Assembly: GCA_964188305.1 (NCBI GenBank)
Contig: OZ076886.1
Source of the DNA: Podarcis bocagei
Taxonomy: Eukaryota
Direction: 5' to 3' (one strand)
Length of the DNA stretch: 64,000 bases
The translations under genes were made by a program, and so were the position numbers. Positions within the stretch are counted from its first letter, which is position 1. Every line of letters begins with the position of its first letter. This document shows positions 12,296 through 24,572 of this stretch, in pieces. Below the pieces are notes generated by a model. That model was given only the letters and a program-made list of their open reading frames with translations. It did no database searches and had not been told where the DNA came from.

Positions 12296-13373
12296 AAATC
12301 ATAGGTCATTTGTACACAAAGAAAAGGCTCTTAAACACTCATTTCAGTGAGTCTCTTTAGCACAAACACTTTGAGGTGTTTGCTTCTTTAACTATGTGGG
12401 ATTCAGTAATATAAGGCCTGAACACGTGATTTTCATGACAAAATGACTGGAATTGGCGCAGAATACCTGTTGCATAACACAAGCATTAGTAGAACTCATC
12501 CTTTAGATTTAGAACTTGGAAGAATCCATTTCATCTGAAGCTGCTCTAGAGACCATCACATATTCCACACAGGGGATTTGTGGAATAAGTGGCATTTTCT
12601 GCCCCAAACATTTGAAGTGGTTTTCAAATGCAATAACCAAATTAATATGTGCAAGGAAACAGAAGTCTGGTTTTCCCACCACCATGTGCTAAACCATGGT
12701 TTAGTGCAAACAAGGAAACGTGTGGGCTTGTGGAGCAGAGACTGTGTCGAATTCTCTGCTCTCCAGCAATTTTGTTGTTGCGCTTTGCTAAATAACTTCT
12801 CTCTGGAAGCCTGCAATTTTCTCGCTCATTCTGAGGCGTGATTTGGCTTAGTGTTACGTGCAAAAAAAGGTATAGTGTCAGCAATGTGTAAAGATGTGAC
12901 ATTATGCTTATTTTGTTGATTGTGGGGAGGACCCTAGTTTTATATTTTAAAAATCTACATCCAGCATTTAGACATTATGACTTGATCCAGTTCCTAATTC
13001 TTGAACTGAGCCCCATTTCACAGAAATAACGATGTTGTGATTGTCTGAAATGCAACCACTCTCACCTAAACTAAAAACTAAACTTCCCTGATGTGAGCTC
13101 TCTCACCGTGGGATAGGTTGGTAATCTTTATCATCCTGACAAGTTGTAAGGAAGGTGTGAATAGATCTGAGGTTTAGCTATGTGGTGAAATAGATGTGTA
13201 TGGGCTCTTAGAAGCTGCTTCATAAAATAAAGCATTCATGTGCAGCAACTTGCCACGCAGATCTGGTGATTTAACTCACAACTCGCTTTAGTTATCTGCA
13301 GTGGTGTGCTGAAAATTTTCAGATCTGAGTGGTGAGTTGTTGCATATGATAAGTCACTGTTTGTCTGAATGGG

Positions 13374-13423
13374 CCTTCCTTCCTTCCTTCCTTCCTTCCT
13401 TCCTTCCTTCCTTCCTTCCTTCC
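13374..13423. repeat. (TTCC)n microsatellite
   Basis: Seen directly. Confidence 0.95.
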
Positions 13424-13593
13424 TTTGTTTTTCAAAACAAAAAGCACTTAAGTATGGTTTCATCACACTACAGTGCAATGATTTGTATTAAAAAGGTTTT
13501 TTTATTTAAAACAATTATGAGTTTAGCTATGTGAATTATTAATATCATAAATGGAATTGATGTTACTAACAGGTGTGTGCTATGTTGCAACAG

Positions 13594-13899
13594 ATTATTG
13601 GACACCCTCAGTACACTGTGGATATTGGGACCCAGATGCCTGCATTGCCAGTGCAGCCTTCTGCAGTTATGTCACCACCATTGCAGTTGCAGCCTGAAGC
13701 ATTGCAACCCTGCATTGGTCCAGAAGGTCTTCCACAAAGCACCATTGCTCCATCAAATGCAGCAATGCCTATAGATCATGGGCTGCCTCTCCAGTCTACT
13801 GGTTATCTGCCGCCTCAGCCAGATAATCACCAGCCTCTGGGTCAGCAGGTCCAAACTTCATGCCCAGTTATGCCACAGGCTACAGAATCTTCTCAAGAG
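13594..13899 (+). CDS. WNK2: WNK2 exon (IIGHPQYTVD...TESSQE), 306 nt, phase 0-0
   Basis: Perfect TACTAAC branch point at 13564-13570; CAG acceptor; GAG|GTAGTA donor; matches human ILLGHPAPYAVD...VEPVQE. Confidence 0.88.
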
Positions 13900-14518
13900 G
13901 TAGTACTTGTTTTTTTGCTAATGAATCCTTAGTGCTGTTAACTATCAGAAAATTCATTGGTCTAGTTGAATGAGCTGTTTTCTCAATTGCCAGGGTAGAG
14001 TCTCCTAATATCAATTCACCTCCTGTGAATTTTTTATGATCCTCCTCTCAATGATATTTATAAGTTCTTTATAAGAAATAATTCAAAATCTTCGTTCTTC
14101 ATATTTATATTCATTCCACAGCTTTCTGAGTACCTTCCTTTCCATAAACTAATGCTTCTTTATTCAGTTTCCCACCACAATAGCATAGTGATAATAATAT
14201 AAAGTGACCTGCATTTTAAAGATTGGTCTTTTGTTAGTCTTTGGCTGAAACTTGCCACTGCGGATATTACCAGCTGATTCATCTGATATCAGTGCTAGCA
14301 CATGATGCTGCTCCATAGGGGGAACAGCTTAAAAGGCATTAGGACTAGTAATTTCCTCAAAGAGAGGGTGTCCTCAAAGATTGTTTGCTATGCTGGCACA
14401 AAGTTGGCCATTGAAATCAATGGGAATTACAAGTGCTAGGCCGTGGCTGGATTTGCACACAAATATTAATTTTGCAGCATGCCTCTGGTGAAAAAACTGT
14501 TTCTTCTTTCCATTTTAG

Positions 14519-14568
14519 GAGCATGGAATAATGGAAAAGCAGCAGTCACTATCACAGAGCTGTGAAAG
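14519..14568 (+). CDS. WNK2: WNK2 exon (EHGIMEKQQSLSQSCES), 50 nt, phase 0-2
   Basis: ttccattttAG acceptor; AAG|GTATCC donor; matches human LPQSCES. Confidence 0.88.
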
Positions 14569-14673
14569 GTATCCTCACCATTTGTCTAGTACAGTGGCAT
14601 ACCAATTGTTAACTGTTATCATGTCTACGCAAATTCCTGCAGAGGTGAAGATGATTTGAAACGTTTTCTAGGG

Positions 14674-15028
14674 CAGGGGTGGAGAACCTCCAGCTTGCAG
14701 GCTAATCTTTGTCCACTCAGGAGTCCAGTTTGGCCCACAAGGCCATTTCCCCAAGCCTGTCAATCATCCTACATCCCTTGTGATGTCAACTGATAGGTGG
14801 GAGGATGAGGGTTCAGTACTGCATTGGGTGTGGGTGCCTGTTCCCAGAAGGTGCATGCAGCCAAACTAAGCGGGAATTAATCTCTACTCAACAGCTGGGG
14901 TTGAGTAACTGGTGATTAGTTAAAAGAAAGAGAAAGAAGCATTTTGCTGGCCCTATGCTTAGCCGTTCCCAAACGACGGGGGCTAGCAAGGAGCCTAGGG
15001 CTGGAAAAGCACTTATTTCTCCCCTCTG
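14674..15028. mobile_element. Degenerate hAT-like non-autonomous element
   Basis: CAGGGGTGGAGAACC start; decayed inverted end; flanking TCTAGGG duplicates. Confidence 0.45.
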
Positions 15029-15888
15029 TCTAGGGCTGGGGGAGAAAGAAGCCTGCAGTTTACATCCTTGGTTTGTGTATTCTTGTTACAGCAGAGAAAC
15101 AGGCACATGAAGCCAAAGAACCCCTGTGAAACACCAAGCATGTGGCTAGCAACACCCCTGCTGCTGCAGTTCCCAAGACTGTGCTGATGTGTACCGCAGA
15201 AACATTTAATAATAATGGAGAAATTGTATTTTCGACAACTTGTCTTCTGCTGTTGATCATCTAATCAGAACACTATTTTAAAAACACTGTTCCAGACCCC
15301 CCCCCAATCTTCAGTTTTGTTGTTGTTTTTAGTCATTATGTTTCTGAAGGTACACTGAGAGAAGAGCATGAGGATATTTTTAATTAAAAACATAAATCCA
15401 TTTAAACAGCTGAAAGAAATAGTTGTCCATCTGATGTCTGTTTCCTAATTTGATATGAGGGACTGTTTGATTTGAGCAAATTCTGTGCAGTCAAAGCCTG
15501 GATGAAAAAGGAAGCACAGAATCTTAAATTTTATTTATAAATATCCTCTTCTACCAATGCATAGCTTGGGACCCTCCAAGCCAAATGTAGTTTGCCAGTA
15601 GGTCACCAAGTGAGTACTGCTTCTCAGTAGGTTCTGGACAAATAAAAAGAAATACTAAATTTAGACACATTGATGGATAGATCTGTCAGTGAACATGGCA
15701 GTTAAAATTCATAGTAAAAATCTTGCTGGCAGCATTAGAAACGGAATACCTAATGAGGTGGACCTTTGATCTCTTGCAAAAAGGCATGTTCTAAAGAGTT
15801 TGTGCTGATTTTGAGGGGGAGCTTTTAAAAGAATGCTGCATGTTCATACTATTTGTCTTCTGTCTTCATTTTACTCCTTATTGCAAAG

Positions 15889-16054
15889 TTACATGAGTCC
15901 TGATGTGGCTTCTGGTAAAGAGATGAGTGACAGTTTTGAAGGAACAAGTGGAAGTAGTAAACAGGAAGGAAAATCTTCCAAGAAGCATAAGAAATCAACA
16001 CGTACTCGTTCACGCCAGGAAAAATCCAACAGGCCCAAACTGACAATTTTAAAT
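15889..16054 (+). CDS. WNK2: WNK2 exon (YMSPDVASGKEMSDS...RPKLTILN), 166 nt, phase 2-0
   Basis: AAG acceptor after pyrimidine tract; AAT|GTAAGT donor; conserved WNK SDVxSGxE and basic stretch. Confidence 0.95.
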
Positions 16055-16259
16055 GTAAGTCAGCTACATTTGCTTAAGACTTACTTATATATTTATATTC
16101 CTGTTCTACCCACGCATGGGTAAAAGATACTATTTCTGGCAACCCTGAAATTTCTGGTTGGGAGAATTACTTTAATGACAGAATATTTATGAATGATATG
16201 TTTTTGCCACCCTGGGCTCCATTGGGAGTGTTAGAAATAATTATTGATTCTTTTTATAG

Positions 16260-16376
16260 GTATGCAACACAGGGGATAAGATGGTGGAATGCCAGCTAGA
16301 AACACACAATCACAAAATGGTTACATTTAAGTTTGATTTAGATGGCGATGCACCAGAAGAAATTGCTACTTACATG
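16260..16376 (+). CDS. WNK2: WNK2 exon, CCT-like domain ([39 protein letters not shown]), 117 nt
   Basis: Near-identical to human WNK2; TAG acceptor; ATG|GTAAGA donor. Not in the ORF track because it is too short. Confidence 0.97.
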
Positions 16377-17471
16377 GTAAGATCTTTCTTTAGATTCATT
16401 AGCTGAATTGATGCCACCGCCTTCTTAGCACAGCCACAGAAAAGTATTTCTGATCGTTCAGAAGGGAGCTATTGAGGTGCAGCCTGATTTCTGTTTAGCA
16501 TCCCATTTCTGGATGTGTGTTTGGTGCCCAGTATGGTGCTGATAGACACCCTGGCACCCATGGAAACCACATGCCAAGGCTCCCTACCCCTCCTATTTTT
16601 AATTATTTTTAACTTCTTCTTCTTTAAACCTTCTGAGTTGGCTGGGATCACGTCAAAGCAAAGGGCTGGCCTCTTCAAATTGACCCTGGGACCCATATGG
16701 ACCCAGAGGAGTTCTTAGGAAGTGACTATGGCTGATGGTTGCAAGCTGATGCTTTGCTCTGCAGTGTGCTCATCCTCCCAGAAGAAGAATAAAAGAAAAA
16801 GGGGTCTCTTTGTTGATGCCTGGTAAGCAGGAAGGGGAAGCTAGACTTAGACTATACACACAGGCTAATAGTAAGAGGGGATGTTATCTTACCTCCCAAT
16901 GAGTGACCCACTTTTGCACTCTTCTCCTTACTGTTTGGGAAGTCAGTGTGCCGTGTGGGATGAGAGGTGCTACTCTGGCCTTCATACATGCTAGTCACAA
17001 TTTATTATTGTTGCATATGTGCAACAGATGCTTCAGGTGTTCATGAATACTGCTGCTAATTTGGCTCAGAGATATTCAGTATGCTATCCTTAATTGCTCT
17101 GGCATAAGCAGGGCAAGTTGAAAGTTCCCAGTGACCCATCAACTAGTCCTTGAAGCTTGTGCATATTTTGAAATGCCTCTCATGCGCTAATGCATTCATT
17201 TACTGCTTAATCAAGATAGGTCAGTTACATAAGAGCAATGAATAATTTCTGTAGCTTTGCTCAGCTCTGTTGGCCAGGGAAAAGATTCGTTCATTTCAAA
17301 TGTAAAGCGTCATACACACTCAGTTCCATATATGTGGAACTTCTTTCCACTGCATGCTATTTTTAAAAGATTTACATTGGCCATACAGTTACTTCTTGTT
17401 ATGAAGTTACTACAGAGCGAACACTAAAGAGAATGCAGTTTTAAAATATATATATCTGTGTATCCCTATAG

Positions 17472-17639
17472 GTAGAAAACGAATTTATATTGCCTACTGA
17501 GAAAGAGATATTTATAGAGCAACTGAAAGAAATCATTGACAAAGCAGAAGATATGCTTAGTGAAGATACAGAAGGGGAACGAAGTTCTGATCAGGGTGCA
17601 AGCCCTCAGCAAGACATCTGCAGGCTGGAAAACAATGAG
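17472..17639 (+). CDS. WNK2: WNK2 exon (VENEFILPTEKEIFIEQLKEIIDKAEDMLSED...ENNE), 168 nt, phase 0-0
   Basis: TAG acceptor; GAG|GTATTG donor; conserved second half of the CCT-like domain. Confidence 0.95.
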
Positions 17640-17820
17640 GTATTGCTAAAAAAAACCCATCCCACCAAAGGTAGATGAAAGTCTACTCTAATTGTCTTCA
17701 ACAGCTTCCACTAAAAGAACTATGTAATAGTATAATATTTTTTGCTTATTTCATTAAGCAGAACTTTCAACCACAGATAAATGCCGGCAGACTACTAATG
17801 GTCTTTTTCATTTTAAATAG

Positions 17821-17866
17821 GTGAATCGGCAATCCCAGGCAAGAATGCCAGTGTACCAACAGAATG
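17821..17866 (+). CDS. WNK2: WNK2 exon (VNRQSQARMPVYQQN), 46 nt, phase 0-1
   Basis: TAG acceptor; ATG|GTAAAA donor; matches human ESRQSQANAPVYQQN. Confidence 0.92.
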
Positions 17867-19193
17867 GTAAAAGTGTTTCCATGATTATATAAGTGACAAC
17901 CCGCCCCCCCCACAAAAAACTCCTGTAAAGCAATTAATCTATAATGGATATCACTGACAATTATCTATTTTTAGAGTTCATCAGCCCAGCCACTAAACAT
18001 TCTACAGAGCAAGCCCCAAGCTTAAGTCTGATTAGTGTCACGGGGGAACAGTCTTCCAACTGCTATTAGTCTTGCTAGATGGCACCATCACATTAAAGGG
18101 AAATGAGCACTGACTGATTGTTCTCCCTATTGCAAGTAATGTTTCTTCCTGACTCTTACTTACGTTGGCAAATCAGTTATGAATATCATAGTAGCGCTGT
18201 GCTGGTGACACTTCCATCCTTCAGGATACCTTTCCACCTCAAAAGAGGTTTGTCTCTACATGTGCATATATGCACTACTGCAGACATAAAAGATAAGTGT
18301 AAGCATATTAATTGTGGCTTTCTGGTAGTCTACAGGTTTTGGCAGAAGATGAAATCTAAAACACATAGCCTAAGCATCAAAATCCTGCAAAGATTGCTTC
18401 TAGCTTTCAATTCACTTATTATGGGTGCTATTCTAAATTTTGTTCATAGTAAGCCTGTGGAAATTAATGAACCCAATTTTGTCATGGTCTGAATGCAACA
18501 CTGTGTTTCTGTGCACAATTACCTCAGATTTATTTCTGAGTAGGGATGGCAGGGAAATTCAGTTCTGTTTGCATTAAAAGTGAACCTACCTTGCTCAGAC
18601 TTTCTGAAAAAATATAAGAACTGAAACACTGCCATCAGTCAGAATTCAGACTTTTCCAAATTTTGCAATGCAGTTCTCCAGTCCAATAATGTTTACAAAA
18701 ATGCATATACTACAATGAAATGTGCATAAAAATGCAATATATCAGGGGAAATTGCTCTGCGTATATTCCACAGAACTCTGTACAAAAATGTGTATATTAG
18801 GAGAAACTTACTAATGAATTTTCATGATGACTTTTTTAAAGAAAAAAAATAAAACTCCTATGGAAATGTAGAGAACTGAATTTAAGATGGATAAGAAATT
18901 GGGAGAAACTGATATTGGCATGTTTGCTCACCCCTGTTCTTGAAGAAACATGTCTAGGATTAGGCTGCAAGCATGACGGTAGCCGTTGCTCTAGACTTCA
19001 TTATTTCTATCAGCCTTGGGGAAGCATCATCTTTAAATGTGGTAATCCTGCATTATTGTGTTTTGAATTTCTTCTTGAAATTAAAGACAGTGTATCTCTT
19101 GCATTATGTGCTGATTTCATTGGAGCAATATCAGCCTCTTGCTCGTGTTTGATATAGAAATAGTGACCATTCCAACCCTCCTTTTGTGATTAG

Positions 19194-19310
19194 TTCTGCA
19201 TACAGGAAAGCGGTGGTTTATCATTTGTCCTGTTGTGGAAAATCCAGCTGCTGAAGCACCAGAATTCACTTCACCAGCTCCTCAAAGTGCAAAACAGGCC
19301 GACGCTCCAG
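19194..19310 (+). CDS. WNK2: WNK2 exon (VLHTGKRWFIICPVVENP...ADAP), 117 nt, phase 1-1
   Basis: TAG acceptor; CAG|GTACTT donor; WNK2-typical KRWFII motif. Confidence 0.95.
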
Positions 19311-20252
19311 GTACTTGAGAACTTTAAAGATTTAAGAACAAATCATAGAATTCCTATATGTTCCTGTCCTTCCAGGCACTTACACAAAAATCATAGCATA
19401 AGAGAAAACTCGCTACCTTTTAAAACCTCATTTACTATTTTTCAAAAAGGAAACACATGGGAAAGTGAAAAGATATAGCAGGAAAGCATTTAAAACTAAC
19501 TACGTGGCCAATAAAAATATATTTGGAGTTATTTAAGATACCATCTTCAGGATTTTCATTTCTTTTGTCACCAGGGTTTGATGGGCCACAATCAATAATG
19601 CAGAGGCAGTTGCACGCAGAAGCCATCCACAAATGTGTGGGTCCCATAGCTTTAAAGTAGCAATTAGCTTTCCCCGGAAAAGGCATTTATTTCAATCATT
19701 CATTACTCAAGAGAATTGGAATAGCCAAGGGCAAGCAGAACAAGTTAGAGGCAAATTAGTGTCAAAACCTTGCTACAAAAGAGTACGCATTTATGAACAT
19801 TGAACTTGATCCTTTTTGTTTTACATGCGTAGATGTAATTGAAGTTCCTGTCACATAAATGAATTTTAAAGACTCTGTAATGTATGCACCACCTTGTTAT
19901 TAATCTCAATTTTCCAGTTGGTTGAAATGGGGCAGTGCATCATTACTACTAATAGCCAATAAGGGGCAATACATCTTGCATTAGAAAAATTGCTATATAT
20001 AGCTGTTATAGTAAGCGGGAGTAGCCTGTCGTTATGATCACGTTTTAGCTGTAGATGTAAAACAAAATGTACACAATATTCTTGTTTACATACAGAAAAT
20101 CATCTGTTTTAAAACTGCTTTAAGACAAGGAGAGCACGTCAGCTGTTTAAAGCATTTTATCATTCTGCTCTTACATTTCTGGTCATATGTTTGAGGCTAC
20201 AAACGGAAGTGCCATTCTCTGAACTCAGGGCTTCCTTTTCTGTTATTTACAG

Positions 20253-21417
20253 ATGTAGAACAGTCAGATGATCAGCAGCAGAGCTCTACAGCAACAGACA
20301 AGCCCACAAACACAGCCCATCAGCAGCTTTCAAGTCAAAGGAGTGCCACGGACAGCCCCAAAGCAACTCCTGCTCCTGCTCCTCTGACACAAGTCTCCAC
20401 TGCAGAACCAACCTCCCTTCCACAGGTCCAGCCAGAAACATCCACTGCAACACCCCCAGTGACGGCTCCATGTGCTCCAGAACAGGTTGCTGACAACACA
20501 GGCCAACTGGAGTACCCTCCGCAACAACAGCCTGTTGCATCCAGTCAGCCTAGTACACCTGCTGCCCCCAGTGCACCTTCACTCGAAGAACGTCCTGAGG
20601 CTCAGCTTCCTCTAAATCCCCCATTGCAGGCACTCCAACGAATAGATGAAAACCCTTGTGTCCCTGAGACAGAGGCTGAACAGGGCACTGCTGGGAGGCC
20701 AGAGCCGATCCAGACTGTTCCTGCACAGGCAGCAGAAGCCCGCCCACTCCCTGCTGTCTCTGATGCGACTATTTTGGAACACCAGCCTCCAACACAAATC
20801 CTCAGCTTGCCAGACAGCAGTCAGCCTAGTCAGATGCCTTCTTCTTTTGCAAGCCAGGCAGCTCCTGTGTCTGCTGTTCCTGATCCTCTGATTCTAGCAG
20901 CACCTCAGCTTTCAAGTCCCCCTCACTCATCAGCAGCTACATCCCAGTTACAAGCCCAGTCCCAGCCCACGTCATCCACTGGCCTTGCAGTTAGCGCTCC
21001 TCAGCCGCCTTGTGCTGTAGAATCAGACGGTGAAGGGCCACCAAGAGTTGATTTTGCTGACAACACAATAAAGAGTCTGGATGAGAAGCTGCGCAACTTG
21101 CTCTACCAGGAGTATGTCCCGACATCTTCTGCATCTGCAGCAACACCGGACAGCTTTGTACCTATAGACCAAGGAGATGGTGAATTTAACTTGGCACCTT
21201 TGCCTGCGCTTGTGTTGGACCTGAAAGTTCCTGTAGCTGGCATGGATGTTAAGTCAGCTGAGGATCAACCTGAACTCACCACGTCTCCTGTTCCGGCAAG
21301 TCAACCTGTGGCTGTGGTGCCTGTGGTACCACTGACACAGAAATCATGCAAACCTCTGCTAAGAGTGCTGCAGTTTATGGGCTTTGTAAACCAGAATTCA
21401 GAAACGAAGAGCCGATG
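20253..21417 (+). CDS. WNK2: WNK2 large exon (DVEQSDD...[31 protein letters not shown]...); 3' boundary uncertain
   Basis: CAG acceptor in phase 1; continuous Pro/Ser/Gln-rich ORF. The candidate donor ATG|GTAGCC at 21417/21418 has a phase conflict (see findings). Confidence 0.85.
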
Positions 21418-22231
21418 GTAGCCTTTTTCAAACTATTGCACTTGTTATGCTGTGTGGTCTGCTTCACAAAGCAAATACATGGTTCTCAGTTATTGGTGCA
21501 AATTTTAAAAATATTCTTTCTTTGTGGTGTACAATACATGCCTTCATCAAACATTGCAAACTCACTGTCATTATCCTTAAGAGACAAAAACCAAACTTGT
21601 CATTTGAGAGGGGTGCATTATGTTTCAGGGTATTTGAGGTCTAACTACCAAGATAGTACAAAGTCCTCTTAATTATTATTTTTTTTAAGTAAACTTTACT
21701 TCCTCCTCCACTCAAAAGTTCTATGCACAGAGAGAAAAATCTGGTGCCCATGATCAAAATAAATTCTAATGTGTTGTTACCATTGGCCCTGAAAATTTTC
21801 TGAACATTGGTGAAACCAAGCCTTATTTTAAACTTAACATTTTTTTTTCAACTAAGAAATTGCTTATTGGAATATGAGAATGAAAATAAGGTATACTGCA
21901 TTCATAGCCTTATTTCTCTCATTTGGCTGGCTGCTCATTATTTGATGTATAGGATTTTGCCAAAGGTGAGATCAAGGTAGGAATTCTGTGCTCTTCCTTC
22001 CCCCCAAGTCTAATGAAGAAGTCTGCATGTAGATATTGACTCTGCAATATCTTTTGCCCCTTTCTAGTGGGTTCTGTTTCCCAAGGAAGATTTCCTGTTC
22101 TGATAAACACATTTATCAGTACATTTATTAACTTCTTCCTGTAGTGATAGAAATGAGGAGAGGCGTGCACAAATCAGACATCTGCTCCTAATCTTGCCCT
22201 GGGAAGAATTTGGGGCAAAGTAACAAGTGAA

Positions 22232-22584
22232 AGGGATGCAGGTGTCGCTGTGGGTTAAACCACAGAGCCTAGGGCTTGCCAATCAGAAGGTTGGCAGTTC
22301 GAATCCCCGCGACAGGGTGTGCTTCCGTTGCTCCGTCCCTGCTCCTGCCAACCTAGCAGTTCGAAAGCACATCAAAGTGCAAGTAGATAAATAGGTACTG
22401 CTCTGGTGGGAAGGTAAATGGCGTTTCCGTGCGCTGCCCTGGTTGGCCAGAAGCAGCTTAGTCATGCTGGCCACATGACCCAGAAGCTGTACGCCGGCTC
22501 TCTCAGCCAATAAAGTGAGATGAGCACCGCAACCCCAGAGTCGACCACGACTAGACCTAATGGTCAGGGGTCCCTTTACCTTTT
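22232..22584 (+). mobile_element. Full-length Sauria SINE
   Basis: Typical head GGGATGCAGGTGTCGCTGTGGGTTAAACCACAGAGCCTAGGGC and (ACCTTT) tail; 11-bp TSD TAACAAGTGAA at 22221-22231 and 22585-22595. Confidence 0.92.
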
Positions 22585-23159
22585 TAACAAGTGAACAGAT
22601 TTATTTATTTTTTAATGGAAGCTACATGAAGCTGAGTTGTCAGAAGAATCCAGTACATGTTGGGATCCTGAACTGACAAAAGCCTAATAGGGCCCACCCT
22701 AATATCAGTTGTTGTGATGTTATTTTGGCCAGCAGCATGAACACATGTTGAATATTAGTTCTGTGAATTCATTATTACATACTTAGTTGAATCCCACCCT
22801 ATGAAACTTTTCTCCAGTGCATGGGTTCATTCAGGATAAAGGCCCTAGTTCCAGGGACTGGAGAGCACGAGAGAGATGTGCTTGAGCCATTTGCTAGTCC
22901 CTGCACCCTTTAACCAGGATTTGGCACACTACCAACTTTGGCTGATAGTGCCCTATTAGTGCAGTCTGGCACCTCCTGGGTGCCATAACCACATGAAATG
23001 CCCACCTTCTTTATAAGGCATTAATCAGGGGTGGGCCAAAGGTGAATAACAAATTCAATTGATTATCCTTGGCGTATGGATGATTTCATAATAGTAACTA
23101 GATTCCCCTAGAATTTACTAAAAATTGCAATATACACCTAAACACTCCACACATATTAT

Positions 23160-23530
23160 GTCATACTTATGACTCCAACACTGGAATTTAATGAATTGGT
23201 GTTTGTGAGTCGAGAACCCACCATCCACTTAGGGATAAATAAGACACAAGGACACATGCATTTTAGGTTAATGGGCTAAATAAGGCCACAGCTTTATTGG
23301 TTACAGCATGTAAGTGGTATTGGCTTAGGAATTGGATCAATCAATCAATATATGACTCCACCCTACTCAGCGGGGAGTCATTTGAAGGTTAACAACCAGT
23401 GGGAGGAGCTTGTTGATGCAAATACAACTGGAAGCTTCCCCTGATGTCACCGGGGGTCGTGCCATGGCCCTAGCCACCAGCAGGGCATTGGACAGGATCC
23501 ACGACCCCCAGATATAGCTATCTAAGAAAG
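23160..23530 (-). mobile_element. LTR-like remnant (boundaries approximate)
   Basis: Contains GGCCACAGCTTTATTG (minus-strand AATAAA), shared with the element at about 30860. Confidence 0.4.
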
Positions 23531-23691
23531 ACTAACATGGAACCTGGAAAATGGAAGAAAGCAGGTTACTGGTGTGTGATATACCTGTTTATGAAATAAG
23601 CTTGAGAGACGATGCATACATATTTCTATGTAAATCAAACATTCTGCTTTCTTTTGAAAGGTTAATTTGTATTATGGTCCTTTTATTAAAG

Positions 23692-23764
23692 GTGAGAAAA
23701 GCAGAAGTTACTTCTACCAGCATCCAGCCCTCAGAAATAACTCATGGATCAACAAGCAGAGCAG
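23692..23764 (+). CDS. WNK2: WNK2 exon (VRKAEVTSTSIQPSEITHGSTSRA), 73 nt, phase 0-1 (alternative acceptor at 23661)
   Basis: AAG acceptor; CAG|GTAGCA donor; positional and length match to human VEKSELAPTRGAVMEQGTSSSMT. Confidence 0.7.
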
Positions 23765-24240
23765 GTAGCATCAATGAATTTAATGTCTATTCTTCCTAAT
23801 AGATACTCTTCAGACCAACTAACATCAATGACTGGCAATAATTCTAGGAATCAAATTATGTGCAGTTGGGAATGTTCCTTCAGATATAGCTTCAGCAACT
23901 ACATCAGAAACTTAAATATTTGCCTTTATTCATATGTAACTACTTACTAGTTATGCATAAGGATATGTTATAATATATCTAAATTTTTAACATATGATAC
24001 AAAATATGGTACATTTAAACCCAGTTTGGATAATACTTGCCCCAACATGTAATGTGTGAATGAGATCACATTAATTTGACCACATGGCCTGGGCCGATAA
24101 ACATTATATTTTATATGTATATATACCCTATCCAAATTTGGCATAGATCTAGCTGCTATACAAGTCTTGTTCTACACATAGACAGAAGGTAGGGAAAAGT
24201 ATTTCCAAATATACTGAGGAGTGCACTCATCCCACCTCCC

Positions 24241-24242
24241 AT

Positions 24243-24289
<47 letters not shown>

Positions 24290-24290
24290 T
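24241..24290. repeat. (ATTT)n microsatellite
   Basis: Seen directly. Confidence 0.95.
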
Positions 24291-24519
24291 GAGAAGGAAG
24301 TCATGGCTTTTAATAAAAAAATCACATTGGGTGTTTTTGCAGATAACTGAGTGCCTTTTAAAGGGTTTTGTTTTAGTACCACTTAGAATCTGAAAGATAT
24401 TGACTGATATTTCCATGCAGAATCTCAATCAAATAGAGAAATGTTTTTCTTGCTATTAACTGAACTGCATTCTTGTGCATCCTAACTCCTTTCTGGGAGC
24501 AACAGGGTGAATAGAACAG

Positions 24520-24572
24520 CAGAACTACAGGCACATCAGAAACCTTGCCACTTGCACAGGTCAAGGCAGAAG
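24520..24572 (+). CDS. WNK2: Probable WNK2 exon (AELQAHQKPCHLHRSRQK), 53 nt, phase 1-0
   Basis: The candidate I found that bridges the phase-1 donor at 23764 to the phase-0 acceptor at 26742. CAG|CAG acceptor, AAG|GTAGAG donor, length like human AESSPRSMLGYDRDGRQ. The pyrimidine tract is displaced and similarity is weak. Confidence 0.5.
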
